From the NCBI GenBank assembly GCA_951406725.2, contig OX597822.1, forward strand, positions 1,922,001-1,986,000: a stretch of 64,000 nt of DNA, in the 5' to 3' direction. Every line of letters starts with the position of its first letter. Positions within the stretch are counted from its first letter, which is position 1. Position numbers and translations under genes: made by a program. The notes under the pieces are model-generated. The model had not been told where the DNA came from. It saw nothing but the letters and a program-made list of their open reading frames with translations, and ran no database searches. Positions 12,028-25,041 of the stretch are shown here, piece after piece. The DNA is from Octopus vulgaris (lineage: Eukaryota).

Positions 12028-12245
12028 CAAGGGGGTGCTGAAAAGGTCTTGGCTTTGGGTAAAAGAAAATACGGGGGGTGTCAGTTAATTATGATTCTAT
12101 TCAACATATTCCCCTCTCAGATTTATACACTTATTGCAGTGACCCTTCAGTTTTTCTAACCCCTTAAAAAGAACTTGGGAGGTTGGGTCTCCAACCAGGC
12201 CTTTCGTGATACCCTTAAAGCCAGAAACCTTTCAACACTCGCTCG
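12028..12245. mobile_element. Mariner-like MITE of ~220 bp, copy 1
   Basis: TA-flanked imperfect TIRs caagggggtgctgaaaagg... / ...cctttcaacactcgctcg; body shared with 32550 and 35513. Confidence 0.8.
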
Positions 12246-12334
12246 TATATATGTGTGTTTATGTGTCTGTGTGAAGAACGTACAGGTATATCTATTTATC
12301 GCTATGTATGTACATATATAGACATCCTTGCATA

Positions 12335-12585
12335 TACATAATTTACATTATTTATATTTGACGGATATTTGTCCTCATCTTGCTTGTTGTTAACTCAACG
12401 TTTCGGCTGATATACCCTCCACAGACTTCATCAGGTGTCTATGGGGAAATTTCAAACCTGGGTTCTCATTACTAAGGTATTTTTCGATGTTGTTGTTGTT
12501 GTTCAAGTTACTGCCTGGAATCGAACCCGGAATCTTGGGATTAGTAGCCTACGCTTGGAGTTTGTAGCCAGTACGCCATATGCCC
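12335..12585 (-). mobile_element. tRNA-derived SINE with a hammerhead/PLE-like tail (H2), head-complete copy
   Basis: Minus strand GGGCATATGGCGTACTGG (A box 12578-12568), GGTTCGATTCC (B box 12527-12517), (AAC)n linker, then CTGATGA...GAAACGTT (12434-12397). Confidence 0.7.
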
Positions 12586-12742
12586 AGGTTCGAAATTTCC
12601 CCCAAGACACCTGATGAAGGCTGGAGGTTATATCAGCCGAAACGTTGTGTTAACAACAAACAAGATGAGGACAAATATCGGCAATTGTAAATAATGTAAA
12701 TGATGTAGATAATTCCTCATCTCTTAAATATAGAACTGTATT
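12583..12742 (+). mobile_element. Inverted 5'-truncated duplicate of H2 with a longer 3' tail
   Basis: Inverted repeat of 12335-12462; whole unit flanked by atccttgcatat (12324-12335) / atctttgcatat (12743-12754). Confidence 0.75.
12606..12651 (+). ncRNA. Intact minimal type I hammerhead ribozyme (H2)
   Basis: Stem I gacac/gtgtt; CTGATGA-A; stem II GGCTG/CAGCC; GAAAC-GTT with palindromic AACGTT. Confidence 0.8.
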
Positions 12743-15700
12743 ATCTTTGCATATGTAATACTATTAATATAGAAATTTATATTTATGTATATAAACAATT
12801 TTGAACTAAGTGAGGCTAGATTCAATAGTATTCGTTTTCATACGGCGCTCGCTGTTACCGTCAATGAGGTCGATTTTGTCGTTCATTCTTAAAAATCTAC
12901 ACATTTAAGGTACGCAATTAATGAAAACGTAAGAATGTCAGATCTCCGCATGAAGATATCTTTGTTGTTCTCTAAGGGAAGACGTGCAGGGAAGCGTCGC
13001 GGATATTGATTTCGGGCTGACCACAAATAACAAAAACAAGTTCACAAAACATTAAACAGTAACTTCGAAGTTTTGTAGACATGGTCCTTCAAATTACTTC
13101 AACTTACGGCTGACGTTTAATGCGTGCATACATGCATACGCACATACACATATATCCTATATACGTAGCCATGCATATGAATATATGAGTGTGTATGTGT
13201 GTATATATGTATATATGTGTATATATATTTATGCATGTATATACATGTATATCCACACACACACACACACACACACACATACATATATATGTTGAACTGC
13301 GCATGGCTTTAAATAAGGAGAAGAATATCAGAAAATTACATAGAACCTTATGCTGGGATCAGCGAAACCGGATTCAGGTCTCCGTTAGCCATGATTATTT
13401 TTCCTATACTCCAAACAGTAAAACAAAACTTTTAACCGCAACGCTGTGTGTGTGTGTGTGTGTGTGTGTTCGTGTGTGCGCGTGTGTATGCGTGTGTTTG
13501 CGTGAGTGCATATGTATGTATTCATTTATGTATGTATGTGTGTATGTATATGCAGATCTAGATCACATTCGTGATTCATTTATAACCAAAGTTATCCACA
13601 CCTGTACCAATGAAGCTGCTGAAAATAAAAAAATTATATATTTTGATTTTAGTCGTGGATCAGTTTCGTTCTTTGAAAACAGTCATACGAATGTTTCTGT
13701 CTCTAATCTTTATTTTAAAAATTGGTGCCTTAGCCTACGTCTAAATTGTTAAAGAATAATCTATGTTATCTGTCTAAGACGAGATCTGTAACAGAATTCT
13801 GACCAGTTCAGTGGTATACTATGTATTAAAAGCTTTCACTTACGTCATGTTTTAACTTTAAGACAAAGTGACATTTTTCAAAGTCGTGTAAATGTCTGAA
13901 TAGAACCAGTGAGCATTTTTATTTCTACTGCGACATTTCTCTCTAAACCTCCTGTGCTTATAACATTTGACCATTCACCGATTCAATCACGGAACATCGG
14001 TAAAACGAGTTCATTATGATTGGTACTTCCGAACGTGTCACTTTTCAGCTAGTTGTATGTAATCTAAGGTCCCTGGCTTAGGACTATAAAGGCTTCAGGT
14101 ATTTTTACTATGCGACACCATTTGTAATTTATATCTGTGAAATGATTTTGGTTTTAGACTGCTGAATCAAATTCAGCATTGATTTTTGCTTATCATGACA
14201 ACATACCCTCGTTTGTTCTAATATTTAGTCTACTAAATCCCGATCACAATAAAACATTCCATACCCCAGAAGATACGCCTTTTCTAGTTCATAATGAAGG
14301 CGCTAATTTCAAGCATACCAATTTTCCCTAAAACATATATATCGACTCTTTTGCTGAGATTAGTAAAAACAGTCGCGCCTTCGATTTTAGCGTCTTTGAT
14401 AATAGTAGCCTTCATATATTCCTTACAGAACGTTTTAAAATGGCCACAAATAATTAACAAACTTAAAATGAATTTTGAGAAAATCTGTACTGGGCCTGTA
14501 ATTGCAGCTCACTCCTGAAGATAGATTTTCTCGATTCTTTTTTTTTCTCCCCGCCTGGGTGATGAACAAGGTAAATAATTTCACCAGAACATTGTAACTA
14601 AGTGGTATCACCGCGAATAGTTATTAGCGATGGCGAAGAATTTTTGGTATACACACAAAAAATTGTGTGACATATTTTATGAGAGACAGTCAAACAACCG
14701 CTGAAATAGGAGCCAAGATCTTTATCAAAACCTATCTGAAAGTTATTCATTGTGAAACATTTTTCTAAAATAAAAATAATAAAATTAATTTGGTCGTGTT
14801 GCACGTCATTGGTAAAATCAATATTCTATTTGTGACGATAACATTTCTATATAGTTTGAAGAAATTCCAAAGTTACATAAATTGTGTATTTCCCAAGCTG
14901 TAGCTGGTTTACAAACATTAATATTATCTTCTTTGTAATTAGCAATAAAAAATCTATAAGAATCAATATATTGGTCTCCTGATAGAGAAAATGGGTCATT
15001 TTCTTAAAGGATCGTTAAGCTATGCCTTTGATGAGAAAAATCAAGGAAAAGTAGTACAGCTCTGAATCTCAAACAATTTAGCTGATGCTGAAAATGAGGA
15101 TCATTTATTGTAATCAATGATACAGAATACATTAAAATCGACTGGTTTTGACTCCAATGGAATTCGACTGCTTATATAACCAGCCATGAATTTCTCCAAT
15201 GAAAGAGAAAAGTACCAAAAATCAGCTCCTGCGATGCGTGTCAGACATAAAGCAGAAAAACATGAGGTACTTACTCTTTAATGGTTGCCTCTGGCATCAG
15301 AACAGAACCATCCTGAATTGAAATTATTAACTCTATAAATATCTTTAAGGGGGACTTTAGACAGTACAGGTGAGAAATTAAGTAAAAATTCTAAAACAAT
15401 GCGAATAAATAAAGATGAACAGAATATAATGTGCTACACGTCATAGGTTGTTTGATGCTTTTATTTTATTTCGAGAAATTTCACCTATATCAAAAATACT
15501 TTTGAAAATAATCCAAGATTTCTGAAGAAAAAAGTTATAATCGGCAGGCAATCTGATGTGTGGTGACTTTAATTTTTAGAAAATGTATAATTTATATTCT
15601 CGCTCGGTTTGTTTCGTGCCTCTGTTGCGATTGCATGCAAAAATAAGGAGAATGGTATATGGACTTTGTTAGTACGAATAGGTTCCGTTGATGAAGGTAG

Positions 15701-16648
15701 AACAGTGCCTGTATATATTGCACGCATCATTCTCCACATCAGTGCATCGCCAGGCAGAAACAAGTACCATTAGAGATATTTACAACATGTTGGATGTGGG
15801 ATTCTTGCTGGTAAACATTGATGATATACAGAGCATGAATAACATAGTCGATGGAATCATATTCAACTGGAACATCATATTTTGCGCTTGTCTATCCTTC
15901 GGCATGTGATAACTGCTATGACAAAGGTACAAGAAAAATGAAAACAAAAAATGAGAAAAGTGTCAGACCAAAATCACTTGGTAATAGAAATTCCAGCAGG
16001 ACCTGGAATGTATGGCAATCACTTGTTCTGTACTACAGCAGAAAGAACTACCGAAGATCGCCACCCTCTTGGAGAAAAGATCTTGGTTAATCACCTTACA
16101 ACGTAGGGGGATATAAATCTCAATAACATTTTCGTACATTATATATATATCTGTCCTGACAAATAATATCAGCCAATTGGCTATATCATTTACTTTATTT
16201 TTTGTTTTGACGAATATCACACGAACAAGAGTACATAGCATTACACGTTTGTATTTGTGAGTCTTAGGAGAAATGGAATGACTTAAGAAATATATTCGGA
16301 TAAATATAAATTCTACAACATATTTAGGACGATGATGTCATTTATTATCAAATGAAAATGAAAATGATATATTTATGTGCATAGATAGATACATTCGTCC
16401 ATATATATGAAAATATCCTGGATCATAATAGTTAGATCGCGTTGTCTAAAATCGACAGCAAGAAATAAACTGATCATCGAATTTTTTTACTGACAAAATT
16501 AAAATTCAATTATATAAGTTTTTTCAAAATTGAACAAGATCCAATTTCAAGCAATATACTGGCATGTATTGATTGGAAATTTTTCGTATAACGTCCTACT
16601 TTCGGAAAATACATCATAAGAGAAACCCTTCCCTCAAAGAGACTTGTA

Positions 16649-17760
16649 TTAAGTCGTCATGTATGAAATTTGTAGTAAGGTATATGGTAAACTTTGGCAG
16701 CTGCTCATTTTGCGCTTTATAAATCGTTTTTTGCTGTTTTTGTTTAGAGATGGATAAGTCGGAAATTCGTACAGTTTTGAAATGTGAGTTCTTTCTTGGA
16801 ATTACAGCATCACAGACAGCTCGGAATAAAAATTTCGATCTGGTAACTTTAACCTCACAAATGAGCAACGCGGTCGACAAGAAACAAAAATGGATAATGA
16901 CGAATTGAAAGCCACTATCGAGTCAGATCCATTTCAAAGTCCCCGTGAATTATTTTTGTTGCTTGGTGTTAGTAAGTAAACAATATTGACTCAATTAGCC
17001 CAAATCGGTTAAGTGAAAATTTGGATAAGTGGGTTCAACATGAACTCAATGAAAATCAGAAACAGCTACGTTTGGAAGCTACTTTTTTGTCACAAAATGA
17101 ATAATTTTTGAATCGAATTGTAACATGTGATGAGAAAAGGATCCAATACAACAACCGTAAACGTTCAGCACAATGGTTGGAGAAAACGAGCCACCAAAAC
17201 AGTCCAAAAAGCAAAATTCTTCAAAAGAAGCTGATATCGTGTATTTGGTGGTCTGGTGCAGGTTTGATCAATTATGATTTCTTTAAACCTGGCTCATCAA
17301 TCACGGCTGAAATATGCTGCAGTCAACTGGACCGAATGATGCAGCAACTTACAGAAAACAGCTTAGATTAGTCAACAGATCCACTCCTATAGTAAAACAA
17401 CGCCAGACCACACATGACAATAATGGCATTGGAGAAACTACAGGAATTGGAGGTGGAAGTTCTCCATTATTCACCATACTCACCTGATCTTGCCCCCACT
17501 GAGTACAACTTCTTCCAGAGTTTGGATAAGTTTTTGATAGCAAAAAGAATAATAATTCGGACGATTCTGTAGAACAGGTCTTCCAAGATTTGACTCTAGA
17601 TTGCCAGGCTTTTACAGTTTGGGGATGGACAATCTACCGCTTAAATGGCAAAAGTGTATTGACAACGTGGGTGCAAACTTTGATAAATAAAACTATTCCT
17701 TGTACTTATGAACATAGGAAACTTTTTTCCTTTCAACAAATTTCATACTTGATGACCTAA
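16649..17760 (+). mobile_element. Mariner element with degraded transposase (~16750-17690)
   Basis: TIRs ttaagtcgtcatgtatgaaatttg / caaatttcatacttgatgacctaa with TA TSDs; MDKSEIRTVLK, WVQHEL, IVTCDEKR and YSPDLAP motifs with stops and frameshifts. Confidence 0.92.
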
Positions 17761-18834
17761 TAATAGATTAGTAAGCATATATGTACTTGAATACTGAGAA
17801 CACAGTCGTTCTCCCCAAAATACAATAACTAGTAGCCATCTTTTTCTTTCTCCGCTTTGTATCCTGTGTTCGAGAATATGGTAGTATTTGCTCATGTCCA
17901 TGAAATGTTATGTAACAAAAGGAGCTAAGTCAACTTGTTACACAATCAATCAATAAAATAATCAATTATTCAATAAATAACACAGTACATATGTGTGTGT
18001 ATGTGTGTGTGTGTGTGTATGCGTGTGTGCAAGTGCGAATGCGGATATGTCATATTGTGAACATATGAAAGTATCTTAACAACTGACAATGATGAGTCAA
18101 TATATTTTCAATATGAATTCAATATGTATACAATACCTTTAAATATAAGCAAAAGCATGTATTAAACAGATATCATAAACAACAAGGGTGAGAGACGACA
18201 ACCTAATAAAGCAGAGAACGCATATTCTTTACAAAACACACATACATACATATATATATATATATTAGATATATATACATGTATATCTAATACTCATCAA
18301 TTCGTTGCCTAGCGTTATTTAGTTATTTCAAATGTTTACAAATTTCAAAAATTTACATATGCAGCATTTATGCTGACGCAATTTTGCTTATTTACCACGT
18401 AAATCTAAGACTGCTTTATATTATGTTTCTTTTATTGAATATTTTTCTACAGAGAGAACTTTATATGAAGCATAGCATAAAACCCATTTACAGTATTGCT
18501 GAATTCGGTTCTACTTCGCATGTGAAAATTTTCGAAATTTTTGAATTTTTATAAATCAAATTACTTTTAACATGTAACTTCTATTATCAGCATATTTTAT
18601 GCTGAAGATTCTGGAAAGATAAAGAAATGTTTAAGTTCAGACAATTTTAAATATTTTTGTAATAAAGAATGTTTATTCCCCATATTATTGCATGGAAACA
18701 TTTTGCATTGTTGTATAAAATATTTCCTTGATATATACATACGTACGTACATACATACCTACATACAAATATACATATAAAAACACACAGATAAATACAT
18801 ACATATACACAAATAAATATATGTATATGTATGT

Positions 18835-18886
18835 CGATAGATATATAGATAGATAGATAGACAGACAGATAAATAGATAGACAGAC

Positions 18887-18956
<70 letters not shown>

Positions 18957-19032
18957 GCAGACAGAAAGATAGATAGATAGACAGACAGATAGATATATAG
19001 ACAGACAGACTGATATATAGATAGACAGACAG

Positions 19033-19077
<45 letters not shown>

Positions 19078-19140
19078 TAGATAGATAGATAGATAGATAT
19101 ATAGATAGATAGACAGATAGATAGATAGATCGATAGATAG

Positions 19141-19171
<31 letters not shown>

Positions 19172-19175
19172 GATA
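18835..19175. repeat. (GATA)n/(GACA)n compound microsatellite
   Basis: Direct reading. Confidence 0.95.
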
Positions 19176-19449
19176 TGCATATATGTCTGTAAATGTGTGT
19201 TTATCTGTATGTGTGTGAACTTCCTGTATACATGTAAGTAAATATGTAATTCTAATTGACTCCAGTATACGTTTTTCAAGCTGTTGTTGCCCATGCCGCC
19301 TTTAGCATGAGTTTAGAACTGAAGGCATATGTAGTAGCACTATCTAGAATATCGTCTGCTTTCTGCATTACATCAACTGGTGTGTGCATCGAAATATATT
19401 TTGATTAGTCGTATGAAACTATACTTTCATCTATGCTTTCAACCATGGT

Positions 19450-19510
<61 letters not shown>

Positions 19511-21413
19511 TCAATCTCTCACAATGGACGGACGATAGTCATATCGGCTCCACGTAAGTTGGCCACTTTTACATGTTTAAAACTCCTTGTTGTCAAATAT
19601 TTTGTTTTAATCGTTGTGCAAGTTCATTCACTAAAAAACCTGAGAATTATTCACGTAGAATTCCGCCCCTGTATGGGCGAAATTACAAAAAAAACTTTCA
19701 AAACTTTCGTGGGTTTTTTAGCCATTTTTCATTTTGAAAATGGCAACTAGAAACCACGTGGCTAGCCCGCCAGTCATGCAGAACGGTAGCAAAACACTAT
19801 TGCTACCACTAACTACTAAACATCGCAGCGTGAACACCGCTGTCACCACCATCACCACCACCAACAACAACAAATCTAACGCCGCATTCACCATCGCCGC
19901 GACCAAAGACATTAACTTAGATTTCCCCTCACTCCCCACACCACTTGTTGATGATAAAGGGACAGAGAAAGGGATTTCAAAAATGAATACAAACGAAAAC
20001 ATGAATGCCAGCACCACCACCATCACCACCAACAACAACAACAACGAAATTGGCACAAAGCCGCCTACCAAAGACAACACCGCCAACACCAACACCACTA
20101 CTACGACGTCAAATGCTACATCCAAGCCTTCTACTGCTAATACCGCCAACACCAACACCACTACCATGACTTCAATTAACACTGCCACAATTAACACTTC
20201 TACTGCCAAATTCAAAACGAATTTTGCGGACGTAACAAAACAAAAAAGAACAATTGTAACATTCACCACACAAGAGATAAACCGCGCAAAGGCACTCTTC
20301 TCCAAAGAAGGAGACAAATTGCACCTTCACATTCCACAACACATCGTGGAAAACACCAAAAAAAAAACAATAATTTATAAAGTAATAAACAAAAAAACAA
20401 GAAGAACAGAAAATGCACCGCAGGAAAAAATCGAAAAATGCCTTCGTCCTGCATGGGACTCCAAGGAATATATCAGTTGGGGAAACAAATTTGGTACAGT
20501 CCAAGTACGTTTCCTCAACGAAAGTTTAGCAAAACGTTTTTCCACATTGGAGCTACATTCGGACGACTTGGTAATGATACCAGTCTATTTAAACAAAAGG
20601 GTCACGAAAGTCCAAATAAAAAACATACCATTTGATGTCGAAACACAATGGTTGGTCTCTGCCATCTGCTTTGAAATGTCAGAGACAATGTCAGAGACAA
20701 ACATCCTGGAAATCGCGGTTCTAGGAGAGAAAGACTATGTGGGCAAATCAATCGAATTCCTGCTTCAATTGGATGAAGCAGCAAGAGAGAAGATACCCAC
20801 CTCTATAGAACTGCCAGGAGGCTACAAACTCTATATAGTGGTTGAGGGCAGGCGACCACGCTGCTATTTGTGTGGAAGCGAAACACACTTGAAAAAGACG
20901 TGCCCAACCACTGCACACCAAGAGCAACAACAACAACCACTACCACAACCAAAGCACTCCGGAAAAAAGCTCTACTACCCACACCACCATCAACACAGAA
21001 GACGACAAGAGAAGCACACCAAGCTAATCCGTCATCAACCAAAAACCACTCAACACCTGGAAAAATACCAACACCACCAACAACAGCAAAACCCAAAGGA
21101 ACAGAAAAACAAAGAAAACACACACAAACTGATCCCCCATCCCTTATACCGCACTCAACACACACAAACACTCAACAACCAACAACAACGAAAACAACAA
21201 CACAACCACTTACACAGACATACATAGAAGCCCACAACATACCCCTACCCCCTTCTGATTCCTCAGAAATTTCGTCGGAAGACGAAACCAGTGAGGAATG
21301 GCAAATAGCTACAAAAAGAAGGAAAATAAAGAGCAGAAACACAACCAAACCAAATGCAAACACGAACAAAGCAGGGGGAAATATATCTCCCGAAGACATT
21401 TCAAAACCCAACG
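19511..21413 (+). mobile_element. 5' part of a Tx1/L1-type LINE (5' UTR plus ORF1), cut by the gap
   Basis: Starts right after (CTAT)n at 19451-19510; long ORF1-like frame with a zinc knuckle. Confidence 0.7.
19740..21413 (+). pseudogene. LINE ORF1 gag-like nucleic-acid-binding protein with one frameshift near 20910-20950
   Basis: Thr/Asn-rich N-terminus, RRM-like region (TKVQIKNIPFDV), CCHC knuckle CYLCGSETHLKKTC at 20862-20903; continues in the 20870 frame as a Pro/Thr-rich tail ending SSEDETSEEWQIATKRRK. Confidence 0.75.
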
Positions 21414-21513
21414 NNNNNNNNNNNNNNNNNNNNNNNNNNNNNNNNNNNNNNNNNNNNNNNNNNNNNNNNNNNNNNNNNNNNNNNNNNNNNNNNNNNNNNN
21501 NNNNNNNNNNNNN
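21414..21513. other. Assembly gap (100 N)
   Basis: Run of N between two different LINEs in opposite orientation. Confidence 1.
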
Positions 21514-23026
21514 TGCCGTGCAGAGGTTTCTCCTCCCACCTATCAGCCAATTGCTCGTGCGCTTTTTTCGTTGCCATTATTTTTACCTTCTTTGCAACAA
21601 TAGTTGCCGTACTTCCCTCGGGTTGTTCAGTTTGGGTATCCTGCACGAGATCCATAGCAAATCTTTTGCTTTCCTTTATGATAGAATGAAGCTTCTTTCG
21701 TCTCTCGTGATTTTCCACGTGCTTTAGCATCCAGTCATTCGATATTTTGAGATATTTGGCCAGTCCAATTGTGGTTGTTTTGTAAGCTAGTTCAAATTGG
21801 ATCAGGCCTCGACCTCCTTGGGCTCTGGGAATGTAAAGGCGATCTACGTCTGCCTTTGGGTGGTGCATCCTATTACAACTCAGTAGCTTGCGTATTTTTC
21901 TATCTATATTCTTTACTTCACTGATATTCCAGTTCAACACATTGTAGCTATAAGTAACAACTGGAACTGCTAAGGAATTTATAGCTAACACCTTGTTACG
22001 TGCATTTAGTTCAGATTTCAGGACTGCACGAACTCTCCTATAACATTCCTTCCTGGTTTTCTCTTTCATGCTTGCATGCTGAATACCAGAGCCTTCATTT
22101 ATCCCTAAATATTTGTATGTTTGTTCTTGCTCAAGCTCTCTTATGACTGTGTCAACATCTAACACGACTGAATTTGTGGTCTTCACTTTCCCTTTCTGGA
22201 AAGTGGCCTTGGCACACTTCTCAAGTCCAAACTCCATCCCGATGTCATCGCTGAATGCTTTCACGGTGCGCAATAGGCCTTCAAGTTCATTATTGTCTTT
22301 ACCATAAAGTTTTAAGTCATCCATATAAAATAGATGGCTTATTTTTTTATTGGCAATTTTATACCCATACCCTGTTCTGTTTAATTCACTTGTAAGGGGT
22401 ATTAGGGCTATGCAGAATATTAAAGGTGAAAGTGAGTCACCTTGAAAAATTCCACAGTTGATGTTTATATTTTCTGGAGGCAAGTACTCCATTAGAGTGG
22501 TATAATTGGAGATTCGTATTCCACAACGACATATTGTGTTTCAGGAAGTTTGAAATCACAGGGGAAATTTTGAAGATGTCCAGCGATCTCAAGATCCATG
22601 GATGCGGTATACTGTCGAAGGCCTTTTTGTAGTCAATCCATGCGGTGCTGAGATTTCTGCGTTTGTTGTGACAGTTCTCAAGGATCATACGATTGATTAG
22701 CAGTTGATCTTTGCATCCGTAAGAGCCTCGGCGGCACCCTTTTTGTTCAATGGGGAAAATATCGTTCTTCTCCATGAATGCATATGTTTTCTCCGCCAGG
22801 ATAGATGTTAGGATTTTATACGTGGTGGATAGACAGGTTATAGGCCGATAGTTTTTTGGAAGGTTGGTTTCGTTATTCTTTGGGAGTAGGTAAGTAATGC
22901 CACTTGCTAACCATTCAGGTGTTTTCTTTGGGTCTCTCATAATTCCATTGAGCAGCTGAACTAGCTTACCGTGTGCGCATGGGAGCGATGCGAGCCAGAA
23001 ATTCGGCACCCTATCTTTACCGGGGG
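21514..23026 (-). mobile_element. R4/Dong-type non-LTR retrotransposon RT region, 5'-truncated, one frameshift near 22480
   Basis: NYRPITCL, EQKGC, WIDYKKAFDSIPH, GIFQGDSLSP, HLFYMDDLKLY, YKYLG, RLYIPRAQGGRGL; 5' end abuts (TAA)n at 23027-23052. Confidence 0.92.
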
Positions 23027-24815
23027 TATTATTATTATTATTATTATTATTAGAGAATTATTAAAGATTTCATCCCGAGAGTTGAAACACTAAGAAAGTA
23101 TAATTATCAAAATACATTAGAATATCTTCAGAAAGCCTATATGTAGTCGTAATGTTGGAAATTAAACGTTTCTTTCTTTAATTGGATTTGATTATATTGA
23201 AGATGGTGTTACACAAGAAAATATTAAAATTTTGCGTGAAAATGTCACTTCATTTAGAAAAATATCTGTACGTGTGTGTGTGAGAGAGAACGTATTAATA
23301 TGGGGCATGATATGAATGAGAGTTGAGGAAGAAATTTTATTTGTACCGATTATTATTTTTGTGTTCATGCTGTAGAGGTAAATCTCGTATGACAGGCTTT
23401 AGATAACTGTAGGTTTAAGGGATATTTGCAGAGGCAAAAGATATAATGTATTCACAGAATATTTAAAGAGAAAGAAAAAAACAATTGTAATAGATCTTCA
23501 ATATTATATAGCAGTTCTGTCTAAATCACTCAGGAATTCTCTCTTACGATCCCCAGTTAAATACCCGTGTATCTACGGTCTCAGAGCCAAGTAAATGAAA
23601 CTAAATGCACCTACTGCTTTTCAGAAATGCTGTTGTAAATTTTGTTGCTATCATTTGTCTTCTTGTAACTAATATTAACAAATGCTTGACAATATCTAGG
23701 GTCAGTTATGTTAAACAACCATATTTTTTCTTTCAATTAATTTTTAATGTCGATCTATAAAATATTCTTGTAGAAAGTTTGAAGTTTTATAACAACATTT
23801 GTGTATACTGGCTGGAGATATGCAAATTACTGTTATCATTTATTATCATCGATTTCACTGCAATCGCCAAACTGGGACCAAGAAGTGATTCCAAGGACTA
23901 GTGAGAATAAATTACAGAATTAATTATCTTGGTAACAAAAAAAACAACAACAAAAACCAAAAAAGAAATCTCAACATGTGTGCAATTATGATTCATTTAC
24001 TCTGCTGTAAATGTCCAGTGTCCTCTTATGTAGGGGCTGCTTAGACATCAGACATTCCATGTCGAAACGTTTCCAAAATGTTCTGAGAAGCATCATGTCA
24101 TGTAAAAGAACGTTAACCGAATGAATAGAATATGAAAATGCCTGATCATGGGTCACCATTTGTTGTATATTCCGTCTCCAATGTCGTAGTACCGCCACAA
24201 TATTGTGACGGACAGTTTAGATGCACAGTACCAGTGTTGTAAGAGTCATTCGTTCCGGCTCTTTACGTTCTGCATTCAGAGCCAACCGAGTCAAATTAGC
24301 CTTTCATTTTTGGAGGGTTGACAATATAAAGTATCAAACAATTTACTGGAACGATGGCATTAGTTAACACACTTCTATTTTGGCCTTACCTCCTAATCAT
24401 ACACCGCCATTTTCGTGACATAGAAAATTAATAGCACAGCTTGCAAGTTAAGTCAGCAATCAAATTAAATATCTTATCACAAAAGTATTAGCTGGATAAA
24501 ACAGTGTAAAGTACATTTCGAGGGTAGGTTTTATGAAAATTATTTTAAAACTCACCAAAGTATATCAAGATCTAATGGCTTGATTTAACAGGTAAAAAAA
24601 TTAACGGAAAATCATCATAAAATTATGCAATCTAGTGATACGAAACATTAAATTTTACATTATATTTTAAGAAAGCCTGAGCAACGATAATATATTCAAT
24701 GTGTAAAATAGAATATGAATTTCTTGAGTAAGTAGGGCTCAACGATCCGTTTCTGTGGGATTAATTTGCACCAAGGGCTGCAATATATTTAAATGTTTCC
24801 AGTATTATATATCCT

Positions 24816-25041
24816 ATCTGTTTACTACCCACAAGGGGCTAAAGAGAGAGAGGACAAACAAGGACAAACAGATTAAGTGGATTACATCGACTCCAATGCG
24901 TAACTGGTACTTAATTTATCGACCCCGAAAGGATGAAAGGTAAAGTCGACCTCGGCGGAATTTGAACTCAGAACGTAACGACAGACGAAATACGGCTACG
25001 CATTTCGCCCGGCGTGCTAACGTTTCTGCCAGCTCGCCGCC
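24816..25041 (-). mobile_element. SINE family B, full length
   Basis: Reverse complement ggcggcgagctggcagaaacgttagc...gagttcaaattcc...cctttcatcctttcggggtcgataaattaagtaccag...agccccttgtgggtagtaaa. Confidence 0.9.

Noticed and set aside
12510-12585. Possible tRNA gene (A and B boxes on the minus strand)
   Set aside because: No proper cloverleaf, an internal duplication, and continuity with an HHR tail; interpreted as a SINE head
19718-20317. 199-aa hydrophobic minus-strand ORF resembling a membrane protein
   Set aside because: Antisense shadow of the Thr/Asn-rich (ACC/AAC) part of LINE ORF1
19734-23026. ORF1 and RT as one LINE
   Set aside because: Opposite strands, separated by a gap, and the RT is of single-ORF R4/Dong type
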